DNA of 63,958 bases, filler included, from Folioceros fuciformis (GCA_049999805.1; 26 parts of 26 records of this genome joined end to end with filler, not necessarily neighbours in it), one strand, 5' to 3'. Positions 50,910-63,573 are shown, counted from the whole stretch's first letter. The notes: generated by a model from the letters alone, not told the origin. Made by a program: numbers and translations.

Positions 50910-51221
50910 TCAAAGAATATTGACAACATTGTGAAGTCTGTCAGCTGCAGGTACAACTACTGACTCCTCTTGTGTTCTGTTTGTTATTTTCTGATTTCTA
51001 ATCTCCCACTTGTTGAAGGCATACACAGAACAGGATGGGCAGGAGTTTGGGCTTCCAAACATATGTTTCTTACTTGTCTTCCTGGCGTGCTTATAGGCTA
51101 CACCCCTGAATGGAGGGTTAGCAAGCAAGGCTGGCTTCAACAACGTAAGAAGTTTGAAATCCAAGTGACCTATCTGTTCTTGTAAGTCTCTCAAATCTAC
51201 ACTATTTGCAGAAACCCTTTG
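50910..51221 (-). CDS. ORF0 C-terminal part, second copy (truncated by the contig end)
   Basis: RDLQEQIGHLDFKLLTLLKPALLANPPFRGVAYKHARKTSKKHMFGSPNSCPSCSVYAFNKWEIRNQ aligns without gaps to 32254-32745. Confidence 0.8.
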   Translation of the reverse strand, partial: QRVSANSVDLRDLQEQIGHLDFKLLTLLKPALLANPPFRGVAYKHARKTSKKHMFGSPNSCPSCSVYAFNKWEIRNQKITNRTQEESVVVPAADRLHNVVNIL

Positions 51222-51321
51222 NNNNNNNNNNNNNNNNNNNNNNNNNNNNNNNNNNNNNNNNNNNNTTAATTAATTAANNNNNNNNNNNNNNNNNNNNNNN
51301 NNNNNNNNNNNNNNNNNNNNN

Positions 51322-51533
51322 TTAGTATGGTTAGTATGGTACTCATATCACTATATATGTGTGGTGCATGCATATTATTTAAATGTATGTAAGTATAAGT
51401 TACATAAACATCGGTCAACCACATCACTTAGTATGGTTAGTATGGTACTCATATCACTATATATGTGTGGTGCATGCATATTATTTAAATGTATGTAAGT
51501 ATAAGTTACATAAACATCGGTCAACCACATCAC
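51322..51533. repeat. 106-bp tandem duplication
   Basis: 51322-51427 is repeated at 51428-51533. Confidence 0.9.
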
Positions 51534-53056
51534 TGTTCCTCTGCCACATCACTGTTCCTCTGATTGCAGAAAGTTGTGATAGCCATGTCGTCTATCAAGG
51601 AACCCAGTTTGGTAAACACTTCTCCTTTGTTTTGTTTTGTTCAACGTAAATTGTTGAAACTGACATTCTCATTATCTTGCTTAGATCTTTGTTTATTTTC
51701 TATACAAAAGAATAGTGTTATGAAGGGACGTTGTTATAACTTTATTCACCTATGTTTCACTAAGCTTTATCTTGTCGTTTTATTTGTTGTGCCCTGACCT
51801 TAATTTCTTCTCACTCTCAATAGGTTCAATGTATTCTCAACCTTCCGATCGATCTCCAAATCGATATTATGGAAGCATATATTGCAAAGCACGGCGAGGG
51901 ATCATGGAAATGGGATCCCATCACTAAGAGAGCAATTGCAAAATTTAATGGCAGCACTAACCCATGGGATCCAAATAGTCACTTGTCATCAATTAATCTA
52001 TGCTTGAAACTAGGTCTCATCAAAGATGTAGAGATTTTACCCGCCCATCATAGTTCGAACACAAGTTGTAACTTATGTGCACTAGATCCATTTTGGGAAG
52101 AACGCCCTGGCAAAAGAGATGATAACCTCTTGTGTAAAGATTCAAACATACCATGTAGGATGTTTCATGAAGTAACTTCTAAGCTTGACATGAATCTCGT
52201 ACACAATCTAATATTTCCTTCAATACCATGTGAGCATTATGTTGAATACCCATAAACAGAAGAATGGATTAATAGATAGATATATATCATAATTTAGGAT
52301 TTTGATTTTATACCCTAAGTACCTTAAACCCTAAATCTTAGGTCCAGAATTGTAGATGAATATTAAGTAGGTAGTTGATTTAGGGATTAGGATCTATATG
52401 TAAGTCAATAGTATGTCATATATCTATTGGCTCATTTTGAAGTTGTCCATCAGTTTATAACCTGCTAAATAAATAAATAAAAATGGAATTCGCAACAAAC
52501 TGGAGACAGAAAACAAAACCCTGTACCTTGTACGTCTGATGACGGAAATGGCAAGTCTGCCTCACTGAAAGGCAGAGGCCGGAGCGATAGAAAGACTTGA
52601 CCACCTCCTCCAGCATTCGTTGCTCCCTTCCACCCCAGGAACAACGCGACAAGATGTGAGGGCGAAGAAAAGTCGCGACAAAAATGTGAGTGCGATCTAA
52701 AGTCGTGGCAAACACACGATCGAAAATGGAGCAACTCAGGAAGTCCTGGCAGCGACGGCACATCAATGGTAACGTCAAGAGCCAGCACCAGTAAAGAAAC
52801 TGAAAACCTTGACCGACATGGACCACCTGCCCCAGCCTGACAAGGATACAGACAAACAACTAGTGTCTGCAGACGTACGCTGCCTGATTGAAGGAGAGAC
52901 AGACATTCGGCTCACAATAAGCATTCGGAGCGCAAAGAAGAACCGAGACTTGTGGAGCAGCAGCACATGATGCTTACAAGGCGAGTAGCTTTGCTTTCAC
53001 ATATGCCAGCCATGGTGCACCAAGGTCTTGCCCAGTAGAGGATGGGGCTTCGTCTC

Positions 53057-53758
53057 CTAAGACTGCAGCCAGACACGATCCCGAAGCCTCTGGGCACCCC
53101 CACCATAGAACTCATCCACCTTGGCTCCGTCCCGGAAGAAACGGAACGTTGGAGTGTATCGCACATCCTGTGTAGTGGCCTCACATTTGTCGATGTCCGC
53201 ATACACAAAAAGGGAGGATGGATACTCGTTGCTCAGGTTGCAGAAAGTGGGAAGCATTTGCTTACACGCGTGGCACCTGAGAGGCAGAAGCAATCCGTGT
53301 GCGAGGGCTGAGCATACAAGACCAGTAGGGCTTGCAACTCAGCAACCAGCATTCAATTTGGGAAAGGAGAATGGAACAACTCCCCCGACGGCTTACCAGG
53401 ACGCTCCGTAATTAACGACTGCCTGCACAAACGCCAGGAGACCAATCAAACCAGACGAATTCCACATCACTGGCTCATTACAAATGTTTGCAGGAGCAAT
53501 GGAGGGAAGAAGACTCACAATCCGCTTACAAGACTTGGCATTGGTCAGGATCTCGGAGAGCTGCTCATCCGTTGTTGCAGTGACGAGATTGCCATGGAAA
53601 TTCACGGGCAGGGGAAACCCTGCAGCCTCCTCCAACACCTTCTGAGACACCGTCGCAGACGCCATCTCCCCACCACCACCACCACCACCACCTCCACCTC
53701 CTCCTCCTACTTTTGCTGTTGCTAACCCTAAGCCTGCATTCCCTTCCTTGCTTTCCAT
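53057..53758 (-). CDS. Thioredoxin-like 3-3 (atypical plant thioredoxin); exons 53519-53758, 53397-53422, 53057-53276
   Basis: GT-AG splicing gives ...AVVNYGASWCHACKQMLPTFCNLSN...FVYADIDKC...RYTPTFRFFRDGAKVDEFYGGGAQRLRDRVWLQS*, matching the Trx-like 3-3 family pattern. Confidence 0.92.
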
Positions 53759-54185
53759 CGCAACCGAACCTGGCTCCGNNNNNNNNNNNNNNNNNNNNNN
53801 NNNNNNNNNNNNNNNNNNNNNNTTAATTAATTAANNNNNNNNNNNNNNNNNNNNNNNNNNNNNNNNNNNNNNNNNNNNACCTCGTAATTAGGTTTATATA
53901 TATATTAGGTATAAAACATATAAATGTAATATATGTATAACATATGTAATGTATAAATGTATTTAAGAAAACATATGTTTTATATATATGTTATGTTTTA
54001 TTTATTGAGTATATATTTATAAACATATACTCAATACATTTATATTCCAACCAAACTTGAGAATAGAAAGCAGTATTTCTATGATTGAAAAAGAGATGGA
54101 AAGTCCCATCTACTCCAAAGATTGGAGGAACAACCCTATTAGGGCCAAAGGCAGAAAGAGGTACTTTCCCCTGCGAATATCATTT

Positions 54186-54691
54186 TCAAAAACTACCTAC
54201 TGCTCCCAAAATGTCATGATGTGGAATAACAAAAGGCCTACCTATCACCAATGCCGAAGAAGCCGCTTGACCTGCACTTGTTGCTGTTCTAAAAACTGCA
54301 TTGGCCAATGCTCGTTGCAAAGCAGTGGATACGCGTTGTCAAAAGAAGGCCACCACAGAGGAAAGAGGGAGAACACCATTCCTATTGCTCTGATAAACCT
54401 TGGCATACTCCTTGATAGACCTTAAAAAGTCCTTGCCCATAGCTCCATGAGTCTCAGTAGCAAGGGGGATGAAAGTATGCCCGTCTTGCAAGGGAGAATA
54501 CTTATGGACTTTGGCACTTGCACAACCCTCTCCTGCCCAACCAGGGGGGTTGATGATGACGTGCTCACAAATCGAATCCCTAGTGGGATCCGTAACAACC
54601 ACATCAGCAACACAAACCTATTCTCCCCTAGTGAAGAAAAGGTCGGCTTTAAGTGAAACCCCATTGTGCAAAGTATACGGACGCTCCCTAT
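54186..54691 (-). mobile_element. CRE-like non-LTR retrotransposon 3' end (restriction-like endonuclease region), degenerate
   Basis: ADVVVTDP...AKVHKY...FIPLATETHGAMG...F(R>*)QRVSTALQRALANAV, the D..KxxKY..FxPxxxExxG and RxSxxLQR pattern of RLE-type elements. Confidence 0.7.
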
Positions 54692-55181
54692 TGTGGAGGC
54701 AAAACCCCGGGCACTGATTGCCGACGGGTTCCTCCTTTAGTGGCCACACTTATCCCACTGTCGTTGAGACATTGGGTTTCGTTCCCACGAAGGAGCGATG
54801 GGGTTCCTTGCTGCTGTGGATGGAGGGTCGGACTTGATCAACTCGATGATGGATTCGAGGGCTCCCCTCCAGCTCCGATCGGGCGTAGGACAGGCCTCGC
54901 TGTCCGACGGTCAGCTGCACCTCTCTTGGTGCCCACAAACTCACTCCAGTCACTACAACGACTCTAACCTCTCAGATCTGCGTCTTCTCTCACACACCTC
55001 ACTCACTCTCTCACTCCAGCACCAACACCAGCAACTACCAGCAACCAGCAACGACACCACTACCTTCTACACTTCCCTACTGACTCCTCCTACCCGGCAA
55101 GAGTCACTAGACTAACTCCAAACAAAAGGATGAAGGGAACACACTCCCCTCTTGGGTATCTCCTCCCCACAACCTTACCAG
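54692..55181 (-). mobile_element. LTR family A, U5 end, inserted into the CRE-like element
   Basis: Near-identical to 7569-8060. Confidence 0.8.
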
Positions 55182-55281
55182 NNNNNNNNNNNNNNNNNNN
55201 NNNNNNNNNNNNNNNNNNNNNNNNNTTAATTAATTAANNNNNNNNNNNNNNNNNNNNNNNNNNNNNNNNNNNNNNNNNNNN

Positions 55282-55656
55282 ACACTGACATACCCAGATA
55301 CCCATTCCTATGTTCAAACCATTATTATATTATTTTTATTATTTAATATTATTATATTATTATTTAATTATTTAATATTATATATCTTTAATTAATATTA
55401 AACTAATCACCCAACCCTATGGCCTGGTACCGAACCTAAACCTTCCCAGATCTGGGACCAAACCTATACCCACTCTTATAACCAAACCCACTATTTCTTG
55501 GTCAATTAACCCAATTAGCACAAAGAAAAATAGGAAAAGTGACCAGAAAATCAAGGAAAATTAGGGAAAATAAGTCGAAAAAGAAAACCAAACCATACCA
55601 CTATTAACCCTTTTTCAACCAAAACAAACTACTACCCCAAACTTTGGAGGTTCACA
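55282..55656 (-). mobile_element. LTR 5' end (probable family A U3)
   Basis: Reverse complement of 44220-44580; ends GGAGGTTCACA. Confidence 0.65.
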
Positions 55657-56419
55657 CCAACATTAGTGGTCTATCACCGATCCGAGTCTTCAAGCAATCG
55701 AATACTAGTGGTCTATCACCCAGCTTAAGTTTTCAAGCAATTAGACACTAGTGGTTCATCACACATCTTGAGTCTTACATCTGAGTTCATGGCATTGCCT
55801 CTATACTCAAAGGTTTGTCCAGCACTTGAACTATTTGTCACCAAACCATCTAATTCCTACACCAATTAAATGCTTTCAACTAGAAGAAATGTTAGGCTTG
55901 TGATAGGGTCTAAGGAATAGCATAGATGAGCTAGCTTAGGTGGTCAACACAAAGTTTCAAAACATGGAGCAAGAGATATACTATATCTTTCTCCTTGCTT
56001 TAAGAGGTATGAGATTTCAAAGGATTTCCTTAAGCTTGCTCCTTGTTCTGAAAGTAATCATAACACTCTCACCCTTGTACAAAGGGAGGTTGCACCTAGT
56101 AGGTCCCTTTTATATTAGCCTCAACATCTCTTGAGCACACATATGCTCCGGGGTCCCGCCCCTCAATCTATTCCTATAATTACTATCCAAACTTGAGAAC
56201 AAAAGAATTATTGTTATTTATCTCATTAACTTAAAAATTATGAAAAATCTCCCCAACCCACACAAAAGAGAGTGATATATATGCCAGCGAGGCTACGAGG
56301 CGAGACATGCATTTTAGGAGTCGCGTCTCCACTTTCCTAGTTTCCTCTCATTATAAGAACTCGAAATTATTCCCGCGTAAGTTAGTACGTGCATCTCAGG
56401 GACATAGGACAGGCCTAGT

Positions 56420-58788
56420 TCAGGCTGATGGACCATTGTTGGTACACTTGGATTGGGTGGTACTAAAATGGACCTGGCACACAAATCCGTTAAGCACTTG
56501 GATCATTTTGTCTTGCTTCAAGGAACGTGGTGCTTTGTACTGAGCAAAGCTTCCGCCATTGGCGATGGAGCACTTGGCCAGCTCTTCGAATGCCCCTCCC
56601 TTGAGCATTCTGAGCTCCAGGGGGTTGATGGAGTTGGAGTTGCGTAACTCGTGATACACATAGTCAAAGCTCTCCTCCATGGTCTGACAGCACTTGTCCA
56701 GCACATCCGACGTGAGGCTGGGGTGAGGGTCAGACACCTCCCAGAAGACGACGTAATGCCCTGCCGGTTTGGATTGCGTGTCAGCGAAGCTGGTGTAGTC
56801 CCGGAGCTGGAGCCCCACTTCCTGCAGGTGCTGGGAGGCTCTGGTGACGGCGGTCAGTAGGTCCCTCTCTGTGGTCTTGTCGTAGTCGATGCTGAGAGCA
56901 CTGTTGGCCCTACCCACGAAATAGAAGGAAGGAGCCCTGTTGTAGTGGCCAGTGCACCTGAGAATGTCCCCCATCCGGTATCGGTACAGACCTGGTGCAG
57001 GATTCGGCACAGGTGCCAGAGGATCAGCCGAGCCATATAATATTTGTACGGTCAAGACCGATGGTACGATTACTCACAGCAACATCTGTGGCATCTGAAG
57101 ATCATGGAGTGAAGTATGAAACTCACCCGCATAGTTGGTGACCACGAGCTCGTACTCCTCTCCAACGTTGACATCTGCAAGCTTGGTAGCCCGGGTGTTC
57201 TGCTGGTTCTCTTCACCCGTGTCCTGCTTGGATGTGGAATTACTCCAAGGCACAAACTCGAAGTAGGCGATGCTTGGGATAAGGGTGTAAGACACGGCAG
57301 AGGGAGGACCCAGCGGGTTCATGTTCACAGCCAGATAGCTCTCAGAAGCACCGTACAGCTGGTTGCCAATGAGCCTCACATGGCCACCATACTGGTGTAG
57401 CGCGGGAATGTATGCCTCCATGGTACCCGCGGTTACCACATCCATGAGCTTGGCATTTGGCCACAGCCGGGGGACGATCCCCTTCCACTGCCCTCCTTCG
57501 CACTCTCTCCGCAATCTGGATGCCAGCTCCGGATTCGGCTTGCCCAGGAGCTTCTGACAAGCAAGCCTGGCTGCGGGATCGGTGATTCGAGAATCCACGG
57601 TTCCGGTGGCGATGTCTCGGCACAGCTGTTCCCACTCCTCCTCCAGAGCTCGCATGGCCCGCACCAGGGTCGAGCCCATGACTGCCCCCAGTCGCACCAC
57701 CTGCTCGGACTGCGCCAGCCCCAGCAGCAAGTGGCAGTACATGGCTTGCTCGCTGGAAGTGCAGAGAATGACATCGTCGGGGGAAGTGAGCTGGTAGGTC
57801 GGATCGTAGGGCCGGTTGCGGAAGAGCGGGTGGTTGTAGAAACTGCTGAGAACCGCTTGGTACAGCAGGCCTGAAGGCAACTGGCCGGAGTCTCTGCAGA
57901 AGAGGAAATACAGGCATTTTCCAGTATCCAGCCCTGGGAAGCTCCTGCCATAACCAGAGAAACCAGGATCGGATAAGTCCCAGATCGAATTGGGTTGCAC
58001 AGCGGTAGCTATGGCCGGCATACGTAGCACTACTAGCTAGAACCGTGCTGCCAGTGGTGAGGCCGCTCCGGATCCGGACAGAACAGTCTCACCTGCTGAG
58101 CACGGGCCTCATAAAGCTGTCAGCGAGGAATCGCCTTTCCGCATCCCCCTCCACATTGGGAAACAGCTTGGGCATTCCCTTGGACGTCCCAGAGCTGCCA
58201 ATCCCAACCCAGGTTGTAGTAGTATTACATTCCATTCCACAGCACCAACAGGATAATCCAAAGCAGGCTGCGGACGGCTCAACATTGCGACACGCACCTA
58301 CTCACCCTTTGACTAAACCCACGATCACGTTCAATCCCCGACCATCGAACACAATCAGGCAATGCGGCTCACCTATGGATGAACTCGATAGGAGGGTCGA
58401 CAGTGAGCAGGGGAGCTGTGTCACCGTTGGCCAGGCGCAGAATATCCGGTTCCACATCCGTGTACTCCACAAGAGGCACCTTATCTCTGAAAGCTTTCAC
58501 ATGGTCGTCCAGGTTGGTACCTGCACCGGGACCGATACCGGTGCAGCCAAAGCGGAGGAGGTATTGGGCGCCAGCATTCCTGCTCAGAATGTCTCGCAGA
58601 ACCTCCTCCTGCGCCTCGGCGGCGTTTGTTGTGATGTCCTCCAGATACCGCAAGACATTCCCCTGCCTTTTCACAAACTTTGTCAAGTCGTCCAGTCCGG
58701 GATCTGGTGTCGTGTTCGCAGTCACGTTGTTGATGGTAAGCAGCAGAGACCCTGGACGCCGAGCTCGCTCGTACTCCATGCTTTCCAT
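56420..58788 (-). CDS. GH3: GH3 family acyl acid-amido synthetase; exons 58373-58788, 58093-58194, 57127-57944, 56420-56991
   Basis: Canonical GT-AG junctions keep the frame. All three GH3 nucleotide-binding motifs are present (SSGTSKGMPK, YGASE, YRMGD), plus GHYVVFWE and QYKAPR. Confidence 0.95.
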
Positions 58789-59426
58789 CTCACCTCCACA
58801 CGGATCCGTTTGGGTCCCTCTCCCCCTTTGGATGCCGGATAGGTTCCAGCCAGTTTATAGCTTGCTTTCGTGCACCCTCCACCTTCCTCCCCTCCACGTG
58901 TGGCCTCAACAATAATAGGAGGGGTCCAGAACTTATCCAACACCAGGAACACTGATAATCTGACTGAAAAGGTCGATGGAGAGGTTGGGCACGCCCGATG
59001 TCCTCACCATCGCATCCGGGTCATATCCTCTTATCCAGCTCCATGCACCTGTCTCCGCATTGTGGCGCATTGTCCCGGCACTCTTAAGCCTGAGACATAG
59101 ATAGATGATAAGGCGCATTCCTTTCAATTCCCCGGCACATTTGCACGTACATGCGTGCCATCGCCTCCAGAAATCACCCAGCACGATCACGACCGCAGGT
59201 GGAAGAACAGGGATGGGGTTCGTTCGCTCGGCCTTAATCAGGCCAGGGCCTGAATCAAGTAATGACGAGAATTGAGAACCGCAGCAGCGTTCTCTTACCG
59301 TCTCCCACCACACAATTCCACATTCCATGATGGGTGCGTCTCAGATCACAGAACTTTTGGAGGAAAAGGGATACAAGTGCCAGAAGCATGGGTTGGCGCG
59401 AAGAGATTGGACTCCCGCCTGGACAT

Positions 59427-59510
59427 GATAATGCAGTGCCGTGTTGTGATAATGCAGTGCCGTGTTGTGAGAATGCAGTGCCCTGTTGTGATAACGGAGT
59501 GCCGTGTTGT
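59427..59510. repeat. 21-bp tandem repeat x4 (ATAATGCAGTGCCGTGTTGTG)
   Basis: Directly visible upstream of GH3. Confidence 0.9.
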
Positions 59511-59658
59511 TACAAACCGGTGTTCGTGTGTACGTACGTTCAGACCGTGATAGATGCATTGTTCTGCCGTATGCGTTGTCTTACGAGGTAGTCCGCCGCG
59601 GTAGTCCGCCATTCACGCTGATGGTGGGCCATGCCAATGCACATGTCCGCATGCAACT

Positions 59659-59868
59659 GGAAAGAACTTAATAATACAGTTTATACCTCTATAAATAATA
59701 CAGGTTTGGCTGGAAAGAACTTAATAATACAATTTACACCTCTATAAATATTACAGGTTTGGCTGAAAAGAACTTAATAATACAGTTTATATCTTTATAA
59801 ATATTATAGGTTTGGCTGAAAAGAACTTAATAATACAGTTTATACCTCTATAAATATTACAGGTTTGG
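59659..59868. repeat. 53-bp tandem repeat x4, each unit containing a pogo-like TIR
   Basis: Unit GGAAAGAACTTAATAA-TA-CAGTTTATACCTCTATAAATAATACAGGTTTGGCT. Confidence 0.85.
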
Positions 59869-60088
59869 GTATTCCTTAGTTGGAAGAGTAAAGTTAAATA
59901 TTTTTTTATAAATATTATATATTACTTGTTTTATGAAAATAAATACTCCCAACCACTATAGTTCAATTCTATAAATATTATTTTAATTTTATAATATAAA
60001 TATTATATATATTATGCTTAAAATAGCATGTATAATATAGATATCTAACTTATGTAATCACAATGCAATAAAAAAGCTTGGCGTATCG

Positions 60089-60283
60089 ATGTTAAGGAGA
60101 AAGGAGAAAATCATTAGAAATTGTTGGAAACACTCTGGGTTATGGCAAGAGAAGGAGAAAATCATTAGAAATTGTTGGAAACACTCTGGGTTATGGCAAG
60201 AGAGAGCAAGTCGTAGTGTGTCGGATATAGACTTGAATCAACTTAGTTTTGAGACATGGAATTTTGACAGTGATGATGAATAA
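60089..60283 (+). pseudogene. Probable pogo/CENP-B-like transposase C-terminal remnant with an internal duplication
   Basis: Duplicated IIRNCWKHSGLW resembles the (T)IxNCWxHxG motif after the pogo DDE domain; acidic tail; a TIR-like sequence lies upstream. Confidence 0.5.
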
Positions 60284-62109
60284 CAGTAAGTCAACCAAGC
60301 AACACGTCTGTTGAGATGTCACCCCCGCCATGCTCAAAGGAGGTTAAAACAAGTTAGTTGAAGCAAGATGCAGAAAGATGCAGAATCCCAAAACTAAGAG
60401 CACTATAACAAGGCTCTTAAACTCAAATAAAAAGGAGAATTACAAAAACAACACAATACAAGTGAAGAGGGAGTTAGACTACAAATACTAGGTGGGTTCA
60501 TCCCTTCTTTTATGGACCTATGGGTGGCACTCTCATTTCGTGCCCAATATGGGATAAATGACCCCAACCAAACCCTACAATACTTCTTTTGCCTAACATA
60601 GCAAAGTCTAATAAGCTATATATATANNNNNNNNNNNNNNNNNNNNNNNNNNNNNNNNNNNNNNNNNNNNTTAATTAATTAANNNNNNNNNNNNNNNNNN
60701 NNNNNNNNNNNNNNNNNNNNNNNNNNGGAGGGAGGTGGAGTAGAATGGAAAAAAAAGGAAAGGTGAACAGAACAGAGCACAACACAACAGAGCTGAGTAG
60801 AGAGCGCGCCAAAGTGTGTGGAAGGGAACACACAGCGAGAGAGAGAAGGAAAGACGACGACGAAGAAGAAAGGCAGAAGCAGCCGCAGCGGCAGCAAGTG
60901 GTGGCCAACGCTTTCAAGCTTGGTGAAGGGAAGGGGAAGGGAAGGGAAGGGAAGGGCAGGCAAGGGCTGCCCCAAGGGAGCAATGATTGCGGAGTCATGG
61001 ACTGGACTCGGCACTCCCAGCCAGTGCCACTGTCACTCTCCCACACCGCACCTTCTCGCTCACCGAGAAAATACACTAGTACAAATACATACTGTACATA
61101 TGGGAGTGCGACCGGCCAGCCCTTCTCGGGCCGTGCCGTGCTGTGTCCCCCGACACATCCAGGCATCATCATCAGGGCGTCCATTCAGAAACGCGTATGT
61201 GGTGTCGACTCAGCAGCATGTATAGTAAGTAATGTGGTATGCGCATGCCACGCGCCTTGCCTTCTCGCGTACGGCGGGAACCCCGGTTTGCCGGTTGCAC
61301 GGCTGGGTTGGCTGTCGCAGGAACGTGAAGCCACTGAGGTTGAGGCCAAGCAAAGGGAGAGGTGGGCCCGCTCCCACGCGCCCGATGGCCATGACATGCG
61401 CTGGCGCAGGTTGACCAGCCCCTGTCCCACCACCCGACTTCCTTAGATTCACTGCCAGGCCCGAGCACTCCTGCTTCTGCTTCCTTGCGTCCTGCTTCTG
61501 GCCCCCCCGCTGGGGCCCATGCCTCCTATGTATATAACTCGCTACATACTAGCCCTAGCTGCTTAGCCGTATAAGTCAGGTGGCCAGGTCCGGGCCCCAC
61601 TGTCACTATCCTCGTGCCCGAGTGTATATGGTGCATGTATGTGACATCACCGTATACAGTATAGACTTGACCGGTTACCAGTTACCGGTTGGGTCTGCCA
61701 GCGGGTTGTAGGAACTTAGGGCTTAGGTACTGAAACTTCATTTCAAATCTTGATTTGCTTACACCGCATGGCCCTAAATGGGCGCTCCTTATATGGACAA
61801 GGCTGATCCTAGCTGACCTTGTATACCACCCAATGAGGTGCGTCATACTGCTAACCACCAAATAATCCCATGATAGATACTTGTCATGGATTTTGACTTT
61901 GACTTTCTAATGAAAGACTTTTCCACGTCTTGATTTTGGATACTCATTTCTTTCTCTAGTCCTCACTAATCCTTGCATGCTATGCACCATTTTGTTTGTT
62001 TGTCTTGTANNNNNNNNNNNNNNNNNNNNNNNNNNNNNNNNNNNNNNNNNNNNTTAATTAATTAANNNNNNNNNNNNNNNNNNNNNNNNNNNNNNNNNNN
62101 NNNNNNNNN

Positions 62110-62150
62110 GGAACCCGTTGGCAATCAGTGCCCGGGGTTTTGCCTCCACA
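62110..62150 (+). mobile_element. LTR family A 3' terminus (...GGGGTTTTGCCTCCACA)
   Basis: Reverse complement of 54692-54732; not followed by a PBS. Confidence 0.8.
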
Positions 62151-63126
62151 CCTTGGTTCACCACAAAACCGCCTCACTCACCTCGGGAACAAGCGCACGC
62201 ACACATGAACAGCAACAATCTGTTGGACGCCTTCCACCCGCGTGATCTCACACCTTAGATACACCCCCTGCGGTCTCAATTCAGCTTCTTCACAGCCTCT
62301 CCAGTCTCATCGCGACCAGTCACACATACACACCACGTCTCGTTGCACCCCACACACATTACTCACCTCGCCTCGAGGGTTTTCCCGGCTTTGTTCTCTC
62401 TTACCCCACTCACCAGTTCTCTGTATACATTCTGCCCGTCTTAACAGTCGTCGAATCACTTCCACTCCGCTTCACTTCCTGCTTCCACTCCTTCTGGCTT
62501 CTTTTCGCATTCGCTCTTACCCACTACTCGGCCACTCGCTCCTCCTCCTTCTCACACACGCGCACTCTCGCGCTCTCCTTTCTCCGGTTCTTCAGTCTTC
62601 TTTCTCAGCAATGCCCCTCCTGGGCTCCGATTAACGTTGAGAAATGGTGAGGTACCGGGGCTAAGGGAAGAGGAGTCCCTTCCACTCCGAACTCGCGGAT
62701 TCGGCTCCGACACCTGCACCACCCCACGTGACCACCTCGAGGATAGCTAGGGAGCTTCTCTCCCACTCGGCGAGGCTCCTCCTCCCGATTCGTCCCCGGA
62801 CCTGATCACGGAGCGCCCACTACCTACACCCGCACCCCATGTTGCTACGTGCGCTCGCTTGCCTGGACGTGCTGTCCAGCAACGGCCATCACTAGGTCCC
62901 TGCAAGGTCGACTGTTTGGTTGGTTCTTGCTGATTTCTTAGGCCTTCAAACCGGCCTCTTGTACACGGTGATGGCGGTTTTTTCCGCCATAAAGTCTGTC
63001 AGGCAGGGGAGCTGCGCTCTTAAATTCTGAGCGACTTAGGTCCAAATAAAGCACGCTAAAAACTCCTATTCTAGCCTGCATTTACTATCGCCCTTTCCCA
63101 CGCCGTTGGCGGCTTCCTCCTGGCCT

Positions 63127-63573
63127 TCACGCGTCACCCCTTGCTGCTCCTCCTCTCGCTCTTCTGCCCCTCCGTTGGTCCGGCAGATCCTCCCAGAGGA
63201 TCTCCACATCACTGCTGCTACTGTTGGACCTGGCTGGCGGCACAGGTGGGTCCCGCCACTGTGGTCCACCACTCCTCCTCCTTCTCCGGTTGCTGAGGAC
63301 AGCCACAGGCCCCCGTTCTACCCAGCGCTGGGCCTCCTCTTCCGTCAGTTCCTCCAAAACTGCCTCTGCATAGCAGTGGGGCAGTCCTGTCACCCACCAG
63401 CTGTAGTGGTAGAGTCCCAGGCGCGTCCTCAACTGTAGGCCGTAGCCCCACGTCCCTCCTGTGTCCATACGTACATACAGAAACAGCTTCAGAACCCTGG
63501 CCCCTTCTACATATAGGCCTGGCACATAGGAGGCCTCCTCCTCATACTGCAGCACAACCCGACCTTCTGTCAT
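63127..63573 (-). CDS. Hypothetical protein (148 aa), possibly transposon-associated
   Basis: ATG-initiated ORF with a globular-looking N-terminal half; no family recognised. Confidence 0.3.
   Translation of the reverse strand: MTEGRVVLQYEEEASYVPGLYVEGARVLKLFLYVRMDTGGTWGYGLQLRTRLGLYHYSWWVTGLPHCYAEAVLEELTEEEAQRWVERGPVAVLSNRRRRRSGGPQWRDPPVPPARSNSSSSDVEILWEDLPDQRRGRRARGGAARGDA

Noticed and set aside
58045-58915. 265-aa and 178-aa plus-strand ORFs
   Set aside because: Antisense shadows of GC-rich GH3 exons.
60727-61468. 233-aa and overlapping ORFs
   Set aside because: Microsatellite-rich sequence that looks like the 5' UTR/promoter of a gene outside the contig; the translations are low-complexity.
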